Of a stretch of 64,000 bases of DNA, positions 1-12,000 are shown piece after piece. The notes beneath the pieces are model-generated. The model saw only the letters and a program-made list of their open reading frames with translations, searched no databases and was not told the DNA's origin. The DNA comes from Eledone cirrhosa (taxonomy: Eukaryota), in contig OZ024742.1 of assembly GCA_964016885.1 (NCBI GenBank), positions 369,768,001-369,832,000 on the forward strand. Reading direction: 5' to 3'. Numbering within the stretch: the stretch's first letter is position 1; the number at the start of each line of letters is the position of its first letter. A program made the translations under genes and the position numbers.

Positions 1-52
1 GACATCCACTGTACAACATCTTATTGTCTAGGTTGACATGGGTTAGACTGAT

Positions 53-72
53 CCTGTCTCACAATAGACAGG
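53..72. other. Perfect 7-bp inverted repeat within each monomer (first copy shown): CCTGTCT-CACAAT-AGACAGG
   Basis: CCTGTCT (53-59) is the reverse complement of AGACAGG (66-72), with a 6-nt loop. The stem can extend by GA/TC if T52 is bulged. Confidence 0.9.
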
Positions 73-3000
73 TCAAGACATCCACTGTACAACATCTTAT
101 TGTCTAGGTTGACATGGGTTAGACAGATCCTGTCTCACGATAGACAGGTCAAGACATCCACTGTACAACATCTTATTGTCTAGGTTGACATGGGTTAGAC
201 AGATCCTGTCTCACAATAGACAGGTCAAGACATCCACTGTACAACATCTTATTGTCTAGGTTGACATGGGTTAGACTGATCCTGTCTCACAATAAACAGG
301 TCAAGACATCCACTGTACAACATCTTATTGTCTAGGTTGACATGGGTTAGACAGATCCTGTCTCACAATAGACAGGTCAAGACATCCACTGTACAACATC
401 TTATTGTCTAGGTTGACATGGGTTAGACTGATCCTGTCTCACAATAGACAGGTCAAGACATCCACTGTACAACATCTTATTGTCTAGGTTGACATGGGTT
501 AGACAGATCCTGTCTCACAATAGACAGGTCAAGACATCCACTGTACAACATCTTATTGTCTAGGTTGACATGGGTTAGACTGATCCTGTCTCACAATAGA
601 CAGGTCAAGACATCCACTGTACAACATCTTATTGTCTAGGTTGACATGGGTTAGCCTGATCCTGTCTCACAATAGACAGGTCAAGACATCCACTGTACAA
701 CATCTTATTGTCTAGGTTGACATGGGTTAGCCTGATCCTGTCTCACAATAGACAGGTCAAGACATCCACTGTACAACATCTGATTGTCTAGGTTGACATG
801 GATTAGACTGATCCTGTCTCACAATAGACAGGTCAAGACATCCACTGTACAACATCTTATTGTCTAGGTTGACATGGGTTAGACAGATCCTGTCTCACAA
901 TAGACAGGTCAAGACATCCACTGTACAACATCTTATTGTCTAGGTTGACATGGGTTAGACAGATCCTGTCTCACAATAGACAAGTCAAGACATCCACTCT
1001 ACAACATCTTATTGTGTAGGTTGACATGGGTTAGACAGATCCTGTCTCACAATAGACAGGTCAAGACATCCACTGTACAACATCTTATTGTCTAGGTTGA
1101 CATGGGTTAGACTGATCCTGTCTCACAATAGACAGGTCAAGACATCCACTGTACAGCATCTTATTGTCTAGGTTGACATGGGTTAGACAGATCCTGTCTC
1201 ACAATAGACAGGTCAAGACATCCACTGTACAACATCTTATTGTCTAGGTTGACATGGGTTAGACAGATCCTGTCTCACAATAGACAGGTCAAGACATCCA
1301 CTGTACAACATCTTATTGTCTAGGTTGACATGGGTTAGACAGATCCTGTCTCACAATAGACAGGTCAAGACATCCACTGTACAACATCTTATTGTCTAGG
1401 TTGACATGGGTTAGACAGATCCTGTCTCACAATAGACAGGTCAAGACATCCACTGTACAACATCTTATTGTCTAGGTTGACATGGGTTAGACTGATCCTG
1501 TCTCACAATAGACAGGTCAAGACATCCACTGTACAACATCTTATTGTCTAGGTTGACATGGGTTAGACAGATCCTGTTTCACAATAGACAGGTCAAGACA
1601 TCCACTGTACAACATCTTATTGTCTAGGTTGACATGGGTTAGACTGATCCTGTCTCACAATAGACAGGTCAAGACATCCACTGTACAACATCTTATCGTC
1701 TAGGTTGACATGGGTTAGACTGATCCTGTCTCACAATAGACAGGTCAAGACATCCACTGTACAACATCTTATTGTCTAGGTTGACATGGGTTAGACTGAT
1801 CCTGTCTCACAATAGACAGGTCAAGACATCCACTGTACAACATCTTATTGTCTAGGTTGACATGGGTTAGACTGATCCTGTCTCACAATAGACAGGTCAA
1901 GACATCCACTGTACAACATCTTATTGTCTAGGTTGACATGGGTTAGACTGATCCTGTCTCACAATAGACAGGTCAAGACATCCACTGTACAACATCTTAT
2001 CGTCTAGGTTGACATGGATTAGACTGATCCTGTCTCACAATAGACAGGTCAAGACATCCACTGTACAACATCTTATTGTCTAGGTTGACATGGGTTAGAC
2101 AGATCCTGTCTCACAATAGACAGGTCAAGACATCCACTGTACAGCATCTTATTGTCTAGGTTGACATGGGTTAGACAGATCCTGTCTCACAATAGACAGG
2201 TCAAGACATCCACTGTACAACATCTTGTTGTCTAGGTTGACATGGGTTAGACAGATCCTGTCTCACAATAGACAGGTCAAGACATCCACTGTACAACATC
2301 TTATTGTCTAGGTTGACATGGGTTAGACAGATCCTGTCTCACAATAGACAGGTCAAGACATCCACTGTACAACATCTTATTGTCTAGGTTGACATGGGTT
2401 AGACAGATCCTGTCTCACGATAGACAGGTCAAGACATCCACTGTACAACATCTTATTGTCTAGGTTGACATGGGTTAGACAGATCCTGTCTCACAATAGA
2501 CAGGTCAAGACATCCACTGTACAACATCTTATTGTCTAGGTTGACATGGGTTAGAGTGATCCTGTCTCACAATAAACAGGTCAAGACATCCACTGTACAA
2601 CATCTTATTGTCTAGGTTGACATGGGTTAGACAGATCCTGTCTCACAATAGACAGGTCAAGACATCCACTGTACAACATCTTATTGTCTAGGTTGACATG
2701 GGTTAGACTGATCCTGTCTCACAATAGACAGGTCAAGACATCCACTGTACAACATCTTATTGTCTAGGTTGACATGGGTTACACAGATCCTGTCTCACAA
2801 TAGATAGGTCAAGACATCCACTGTACAACATCTCATTGTGTAGGTTGACATGGGTTAGACAGATCCAGTCTCACAATAGACAGGTCAAGACATCCACTGT
2901 ACAACATCTTATTGTCTAGGTTGACATGGGTTAGACAGATCCTGTCTCACAATAGACAGGTCAAGACATCCACTGTACAACATCTTATTGTCTAGGTTGA

Positions 3001-6000
3001 CATGGGTTAGACTGATCCTGTCTCACAATAGACAGGTCAAGACATCAACTGTACAACATCTTATCGTCTAGGTTGACATGGGTTAGACTGATCCTGTCTC
3101 ACAATAGACAGGTCAAGACATCCACTGTACAACATCTTATTGCTAGGTTGACATGGGTTAGACTGATCCTGTCTCACAATAGACAGGTCAAGACATCCAC
3201 TGTACAACATCTTATTGTCTAGGTTGACATGGGTTAGACTGATCCTGTCTCACAATAGACAGGGAAAGACATCCACTGTACAACATCTTATTGTCTAGGT
3301 TGACATGGGTTAGACAGATCCTGTCTCACAATAGACAGGTCAAGACATCCACTGTACAACATCTTATTGTCTAGGTTGACATGGGTTAGACTGATCCTGT
3401 CTCACAATAGACAGGTCAAGACATCCACTGTACAGCATCTTATTGTCTAGGTTGACATGGGTTAGACAGATCCTGTCTCACAATAGACAGGTCAAGACAT
3501 CCACTGTACAACATCTTATTGTCTAGGTTGACATGGGTTAGACAGATCCTGTCCCACAATAGACAGGTCAAGACATCCACTGTACAACATCTTATTGTCT
3601 AGGTTGACATGGGTTAGACTGATCCTGTCTCACAATAGACAGGTCAAGACATCCACTGTACAAGATCTGATTGTCTAGGTTGACATGGATTAGACTGATC
3701 CTGTCTCACAATAGACAGGTCAAGACATCCACTGTACAACATCTTATTGTCTAGGTTGACATGGGTTAGACAGATCCTGTCTCACAATAGACAGGTCAAG
3801 ACATCCACTGTACAACATCTTATTGTCTAGGTTGACATGGGTTAGACAGATCCTGTCTCACAATAGACAGGTCAAGACATCCACTGTACAACATCTTATT
3901 GTCTAGGTTGACATGGGTTAGACAGATCCTGTCTCACAATAGACAGGTCAAGACATCCACTGTACAACATCTTATTGTCTAGGTTGACATGGGTTAGACA
4001 GATCCTGTCTCACAATAGACAGGTCAAGACATCCACTGTACAACATCTTATTGTCTAGGTTGACATGGGTTAGACAGATCCTGTCTCACAATAGACAGGT
4101 CAAGACATCCACTGTACAACATCTTATTGTCTAGGTTGACATGGGTTAGACAGATCCTGTCTCACAATAGACAGGTCAAGACATCCACTGTACAACATCT
4201 TATTGTCTAGGTTGACATGGGTTAGACAGATCCTGTCTCACAATAGACAGGTCAAGACATCCACTGTACAACATCTTATTGTCTAGGTTGACATGGGTTA
4301 GACAGATCCTGTCTCACAATAGACAGGTCAAGACATCCACTGTACAACATCTTATTGTCTAGGTTGACATGGGTTAGACAGATCCTGTCTCACAATAGAC
4401 AGGTCAAGACATCCACTGTACAACATCTTATTGTCTAGGTTGACATGGGTTAGACAGATCCTGTCTCACAATAGACAGGTCAAGACATCCACTGTACAAC
4501 ATCTTATTGTCTAGGTTGACATGGGTTAGACTGATCCTGTCTCACAATAGACAGGTCAAGACATCCACTGTACAACATCTTATTGTCTAGGTTGACATGG
4601 GTTAGACTGATCCTGTCTCACAATAGACAGGTCAAGACATCCACTGTACAACATCTTATTGTCTAGGTTGACATGGGTTAGACTGATCCTGTCTCACAAT
4701 AGACAGGTCAAGACATCCACTGTACAAGATCTTATTGTCTAGGTTGACATGGGTTAGACAGATCCTGTTTCACAATAGACAGGTCAAGACATCCACTGTA
4801 CAACATCTTATTGTCTAGGTTGACATGGGTTAGACAGATCCTGTTTCACAATAGACAGGTCAAGACATCCACTGTACAACATCTTATTGTCTAGGTTGAC
4901 ATGGGTTAGACTGATCCTGTCTCACAATAGACAGGTCAAGACATCCACTGTACAACATCTTATCGTCTAGGTTGACATGGGTTAGACTGATCCTGTCTCA
5001 CAATAGACAGGTCAAGACATCCACTGTACAACATCTTATTGTCTAGGTTGACATGGGTTAGACAGATCCTGTCTCACAATAGACAGGTCAAGACATCCAC
5101 TGTACAACATCTTATTGTCTAGGTTGACATGGGTTAGACAGATCCTGTTTCACAATAGACAGGTCAAGACATCCACTGTACAACATCTTATTGTCTAGGT
5201 TGACATGGGTTAGACTGATCCTGTCTCACAATAGACAGGTCAAGACATCCACTGTACAACATCTTATCGTCTAGGTTGACATGGGTTAGACTGATCCTGT
5301 CTCACAATAGACAGGTCAAGACATCCACTGTACAACATCTTATTGTCTAGGTTGACATGGGTTAGACAGATCCTGTCTCACAATAGACAGGTCAAGACAT
5401 CCACTGTACAACATCTTATTGTCTAGGTTGACATGGGTTAGACTGATCCTGTCTCACAATAGACAGGTCAAGACATCCACTGTACAACATCTTATTGTCT
5501 AGGTTGACATGGGTTAGACTGATCCTGTCTCACAATAGACAGGTCAAGACATCCACTGTACAACATCTTATCGTCTAGGTTGACATGGGTTAGACTGATC
5601 CTGTCTCACAATAGACAGGTCAAGACATCCACTGTACAACATCTTATTGTCTAGGTTGACATGGGTTAGACAGATCCTGTCTCACAATAGACAGGTCAAG
5701 ACATCCACTGTACAACATCTTATTGTCTAGGTTGACATGGGTTAGACAGATCCTGTTTCACAATAGACAGGTCAAGACATCCACTGTACAACATCTTATT
5801 GTCTAGGTTGACATGGGTTAGACTGATCCTGTCTCACAATAGACAGGTCAAGACATCCACTGTACAACATCTTATCGTCTAGGTTGACATGGGTTAGACT
5901 GATCCTGTCTCACAATAGACAGGTCAAGACATCCACTGTACAACATCTTATTGTCTAGGTTGACATGGGTTAGACAGATCCTGTCTCACAATAGACAGGT

Positions 6001-9000
6001 CAAGACATCCACTGTACAACATCTTATTGTCTAGGTTGACATGGGTTAGACTGATCCTGTCTCACAATAGACAGGTCAAGACATCCACTGTACAACATCT
6101 TATTGTCTAGGTTGACATGGGTTAGACTGATCCTGTCTCACAATAGACAGGTCAAGACATCCACTGTACAACATCTTATTGTCTAGGTTGACATGGGTTA
6201 GACAGATCCTGTCTCACAATAGACAGGTCAAGACATCCACTGTACAACATCTTATTGTCTAGGTTGACATGGGTTAGACTGATCCTGTCTCACAATAGAC
6301 AGGTCAAGACATCCACTGTACAACATCTTATTGTCTAGGTTGACATGGGTTAGACTGATCCTGTCTCACAATAGACAGGTCAAGACATCCACTGTACAAC
6401 ATCTTATTGTCTAGGTTGACATGGGTTAGACAGATCCTGTCTCACAATAGACAGGTCAAGACATCCACTGTACAACATCTTATTGTCTAGGTTGACATGG
6501 GTTAGACAGATCCTGTCTCACGATAGACAGGTCAAGACATCCACTGTACAACATCTTATTGTCTAGGTTGACATGGGTTAGACAGATCCTGTCTCACAAT
6601 AGACAGGTCAAGACATCCACTGTACAACATCTTATTGTCTAGGTTGACATGGGTTAGAGTGATCCTGTATCACAATAAACAGGTCAAGACATCCACTGTA
6701 CAACATCTTATTGTCTAGGTTGACATGGGTTAGACAGATCCTGTCTCACAATAGACAGGTCAAGACATCCACTGTACAACATCTTATTGTCTAGGTTGAC
6801 ATGGGTTAGACTGATCCTGTCTCACAATAGACAGGTCAAGACATCCACTGTACAACATCTTATTGTCTAGGTTGACATGGGTTAGACAGATCCTGTCTCA
6901 CAATAGACAGGTCAAGACATCCACTGTACAACATCTTATTGTCTAGGTTGACATGGGTTAGACTGATCCTGTCTCACAATAGACAGGTCAAGACATCAAC
7001 TGTACAACATCTTATCGTCTAGGTTGACATGGGTTAGACTGATCCTGTCTCACAATAGACAGGTCAAGACATCCACTGTACAACATCTTATTGCTAGGTT
7101 GACATGGGTTAGACTGATCCTGTCTCACAATAGACAGGTCAAGACATCCACTGTACAACATCTTATTGTCTAGGTTGACATGGGTTAGACTGATCCTGTC
7201 TCACAATAGACAGGTCAAGACATCCACTGTACAACATCTTATTGTCTAGGTTGACATGGGTTAGACAGATCCTGTCTCACAATAGACAGGGAAAGACATC
7301 CACTGTACAACATCTTATTGTCTAGGTTGACATGGGTTAGACTGATCCTGTCTCACAATAGACAGGTCAAGACATCCACTGTACAACATCTTATTGTCTA
7401 GGTTGACATGGGTTAGACTGATCCTGTCTCACAATAGACAGGTCAAGACATCCACTGTACAACATCTTATTGTCTAGGTTGACATGGGTTAGACTGATCC
7501 TGTCTCACAATAGACAGGTCAAGACATCCACTGTACAAGATCTGATTGTCTAGGTTGACATGGATTAGACTGATCCTGTCTCACAATAGACAGGTCAAGA
7601 CATCCACTGTACAACATCTTATTGTCTAGGTTGACATGGGTTAGACAGATCCTGTCTCACAATAGACAGGTCAAGACATCCACTGTACAACATCTTATTG
7701 TCTAGGTTGACATGGGTTAGACTGATCCTGTCTCACAATAGACAGGTCAAGACATCCACTGTACAACATCTTATTGTCTAGGTTGACATGGGTTACACAG
7801 ATCCTGTCTCACAATAGACAGGTCAAGACATCCACTGTACAACATCTTATTGTCTAGGTTGACATGGGTTAGACAGATCCTGTCTCACAATAGACAGGTC
7901 AAGACATCCACTGTACAACATCTTATTTTCTAGGTTGACATGGGTTAGACTGATCCTGTCTCACAATAGACAGGTCAAGACATCCACTGTACAACATCTT
8001 ATCGTCTAGGTTGACATGGGTTAGACTGATCCTGTCTCACAATAGACAGGTTAAGACATCCACTGTACAACATCTTATTGTCTAGGTTGACATGGGTTAG
8101 ACAGATCCTGTCCCACAATAGACAGGTCAAGACATCCACTGTACAACATCTTATTATCTAGGTTGACATGGGTTAGACTTATCCTGTCTCACAATAGACA
8201 GGTCAAGACATCCACTGTACAGCATCTTATTGTCTAGGTTGACATGGGTTAGACAGATCCTGTCTCACAATAGACAGGTCAAGACATCCACTGTACAACA
8301 TCTTGTTGTCTAGGTTGACATGGGTTAGACAGATCCTGTCTCACAATAGACAGGTCAAGACATCCACTGTACAACATCTTATTGTCTAGGTTGACATGGG
8401 TTAGACAGATCCTGTCTCACGATAGACAGGTCAAGACATCCACTGTACAACATCTTATTGTCTAGGTTGACATGGGTTAGACAGATCCTGTCTCACAATA
8501 GACAGGTCAAGACATCCACTGTACAACATCTTATTGTCTAGGTTGACATGGGTTAGACTGATCCTGTCTCACAATAAACAGGTCAAGACATCCACTGTAC
8601 AACATCTTATTGTCTAGGTTGACATGGGTTAGACAGATCCTGTCTCACAATAGACAGGTCAAGACATCCACTGTACAACATCTTATTGTCTAGGTTGACA
8701 TGGGTTAGACTGATCCTGTCTCACAATAGACAGGTCAAGACATCCACTGTACAACATCTTATTGTCTAGGTTGACATGGGTTAGACAGATCCTGTCTCAC
8801 AATAGACAGGTCAAGACATCCACTGTACAACATCTTATTGTCTAGGTTGACATGGGTTAGACTGATCCTGTCTCACAATAGACAGGTCAAGACATCCACT
8901 GTACAACATCTTATTGTCTAGGTTGACATGGGTTAGACAGATCCTGTCTCACAATAGACAGGTCAAGACATCCACTGTACAACATCTGATTGTCTAGGTT

Positions 9001-12000
9001 GACATGGATTAGACTGATCCTGTCTCACAATAGACAGGTCAAGACATCCACTGTACAACATCTTATTGTCTAGGTTGACATGGGTTAGACAGATCCTGTC
9101 TCACAATAGACAGGTCAAGACATCCACTGTACAACATCTTATTGTCTAGGTTGACATGGGTTAGACAGATCCTGTCTCACAATAGACAAGTCAAGACATC
9201 CACTCTACAACATCTTATTGTGTAGGTTGACATGGGTTAGACAGATCCTGTCTCACAATAGACAGGTCAAGACATCCACTGTACAACATCTTATTGTCTA
9301 GGTTGACATGGGTTAGACAGATCCTGACTCACAATAGACAGGTCAAGACATCCACTGTACAACATCTTATTGTCTAGGTTGACATGGGTTAGACAGATCC
9401 TGTCTCACAATAGACAAGTCAAGACATCCACTCTACAACATCTTATTGTGTAGGTTGACATGGGTTAGACAGATCCTGTCTCACAATAGACAGGTCAAGA
9501 CATCCACTGTACAACATCTTATTGTCTAGGTTGACATGGGTTAGACAGATCCTGACTCACAATAGACAGGTCAAGACATCCACTGTACAACATCTTATTG
9601 TCTAGGTTGACATGGGTTAGACTGATCCTGTCTCACAATAGACAGGTCAAGACATCCACTGTACAACATCTTATTGTCTAGGTTGACATGGGTTAGACAG
9701 ATCCTGACTCACAATAGACAGGTCAAGACATCCACTGTACAACATCTTATTGTCTAGGTTGACATGGGTTAGACAGATCCTGTCTCACAATAGACAAGTC
9801 AAGACATCCACTCTACAACATCTTATTGTGTAGGTTGACATGGGTTAGACAGATCCTGTCTCACAATAGACAGGTCAAGACATCCACTGTACAACATCTT
9901 ATTGTCTAGGTTGACATGGGTTAGACAGATCCTGACTCACAATAGACAGGTCAAGACATCCACTGTACAACATCTTATTGTCTAGGTTGACATGGGTTAG
10001 ACTGATCCTGTCTCACAATAGACAGGTCAAGACATCCACTGTACAGCATCTTATTGTCTAGGTTGACATGGGTTAGACAGATCCTGTCTCACAATAGACA
10101 GGTCAAGACATCCACTCTACAACATCTTATTGTCTAGGTTGACATGGGTTAGACAGATCCTGTCTCACAATAGACAGGTCAAGACATCCACTGTACAACA
10201 TCTTATTGTCTAGGTTGACATGGGTTAGACAGATCCTGTCTCACAATAGACAGGTCAAGACATCCACTGTACAACATCTTATTGTCTAGGTTGACATGGG
10301 TTAGACAGATCCTGTCTCACAATAGACAGGTCAAGACATCCACTGTACAACATCTTATTGTCTAGGTTGACATGGGTTAGACAGATCCTGTCTCACAATA
10401 GACAGGTCAAGACATCCACTGTACAACATCTTATTGTCTAGGTTGACATGGGTTAGACTGATCCTGTCTCACAATAGACAGGTCAAGACATCCACTGTAC
10501 AACATCTTATTGTCTAGGTTGACATGGGTTAGACAGATCCTGTTTCACAATAGACAGGTCAAGACATCCACTGTACAACATCTTATTGTCTAGGTTGACA
10601 TGGGTTAGACAGATCCTGTCTCACAATAGACAGGTCAAGACATCCACTGTACAACATCTTATCGTCTAGGTTGACATGGGTTAGACTGATCCTGTCTCAC
10701 AATAGACAGGTCAAGACATCCACTGTACAACATCTTATTGTCTAGGTTGACATGGGTTAGACTGATCCTGTCTCACAATAGACAGGTCAAGACATCAACT
10801 GTACAACATCTTATTGTCTAGGTTGACATGGGTTAGACTGATCCTGTCTCACAATAGACAGGTCAAGACATCCACTGTACAACATCTTATCGTCTAGGTT
10901 GACATGGATTAGACTGATCCTGTCTCACAATAGACAGGTCAAGACATCCACTGTACAACATCTTATTGTCTAGGTTGACATGGGTTAGACTGATCCTGTC
11001 TCACAATAGACAGGTCAAAACATCAACTGTACAACATCTTATTGTCTAGGTTGACATGGGTTAGACAGATCCTGTCTCACAATAGACAGGTCAAGACATC
11101 CACTGTACAACATCTTATCGTCTAGGTTGACATGGGTTAGACTGATCCTGTCTCACAATAGACAGGTCAAGACATCCACTGTACAACATCTTATTGTCTA
11201 GGTTGACATGGGTTAGACTGATCCTGTCTCACAATAGACAGGTCAAGACATCAACTGTACAACATCTTATTGTCTAGGTTGACATGGGTTAGACTGATCC
11301 TGTCTCACAATAGACAGGTCAAGACATCCACTGTACAACATCTCATCGTCTAGGTTGACATGGATTAGACTGATCCTGTCTCACAATAGACAGGTCAAGA
11401 CATCCACTGTACAACATCTTATTGTCTAGGTTGACATGGGTTAGACAGATCCTGTCTCACAATAGACAGGTCAAGACATCCACTGTACAACATCTTACTG
11501 TCTAGGTTGACATGGGTTAGACTGATCCTGTCTCACAATAGACAGGTCAAGACATCCACTGTACAACATCTTATTGTCTAGGTTGACATGGGTTAGACAG
11601 ATCCTGTCCCACAATAGACAGGTCAAGACATCCACTGTACAACATCTTATTATCTAGGTTGACATGGGTTAGACTTATCCTGTCTCACAATAGACAGGTC
11701 AAGACATCCACTGTACAGCATCTTATTGTCTAGGTTGACATGGGTTAGACAGATCCTGTCTCACAATAGACAGGTCAAGACATCCACTGTACAACATCTT
11801 GTTGTCTAGGTTGACATGGGTTAGACAGATCCTGTCTCACAATAGACAGGTCAAGACATCCACTGTACAACATCTTATTGTCTAGGTTGACATGGGTTAG
11901 ACAGATCCTGTCTCACAATAGACAGGTCAAGACATCCACTGTACAACATCTTATTGTCTAGGTTGACATGGGTTAGACAGATCCTGTCTCACGATAGACA

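Noticed and set aside
39-46. Telomeric repeat (GGGTTAG resembles TTAGGG permutations)
   Set aside because: There is only one isolated 7-mer per monomer, never tandem, and too few G-runs for a G-quadruplex.
33-66. Bacterial sigma70 promoter (TTGACA at 33-38)
   Set aside because: This is a perfect -35 hexamer, but the nearest -10-like hexamer (CACAAT, 60-65) is 21 bp away and weak. The context is a satellite with no genes.
1-76. Tandem functional tRNA or other Pol III genes (76-nt unit)
   Set aside because: There is no cloverleaf, no GTTCRANNC B box (the lone GGTTCGAC variant near 28910 is mis-spaced) and no oligo-T terminator.
53-76. Rho-independent terminator
   Set aside because: The hairpin has no following U-tract on either strand and no upstream gene.
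3239-3300. Satellite-encoded hammerhead ribozyme (CTGAT-stem-GAAA in the GGGAAA variant), as known from newt, schistosome and cricket satellites
   Set aside because: The core needs CUGANGA, but the sequence reads CTGATCC and lacks G8/A9. Stem I does not form next to a valid NUH site, and GAAA occurs in only 5 of ~840 monomers. An Rfam RF00163/RF00008 search would be expected to be negative.
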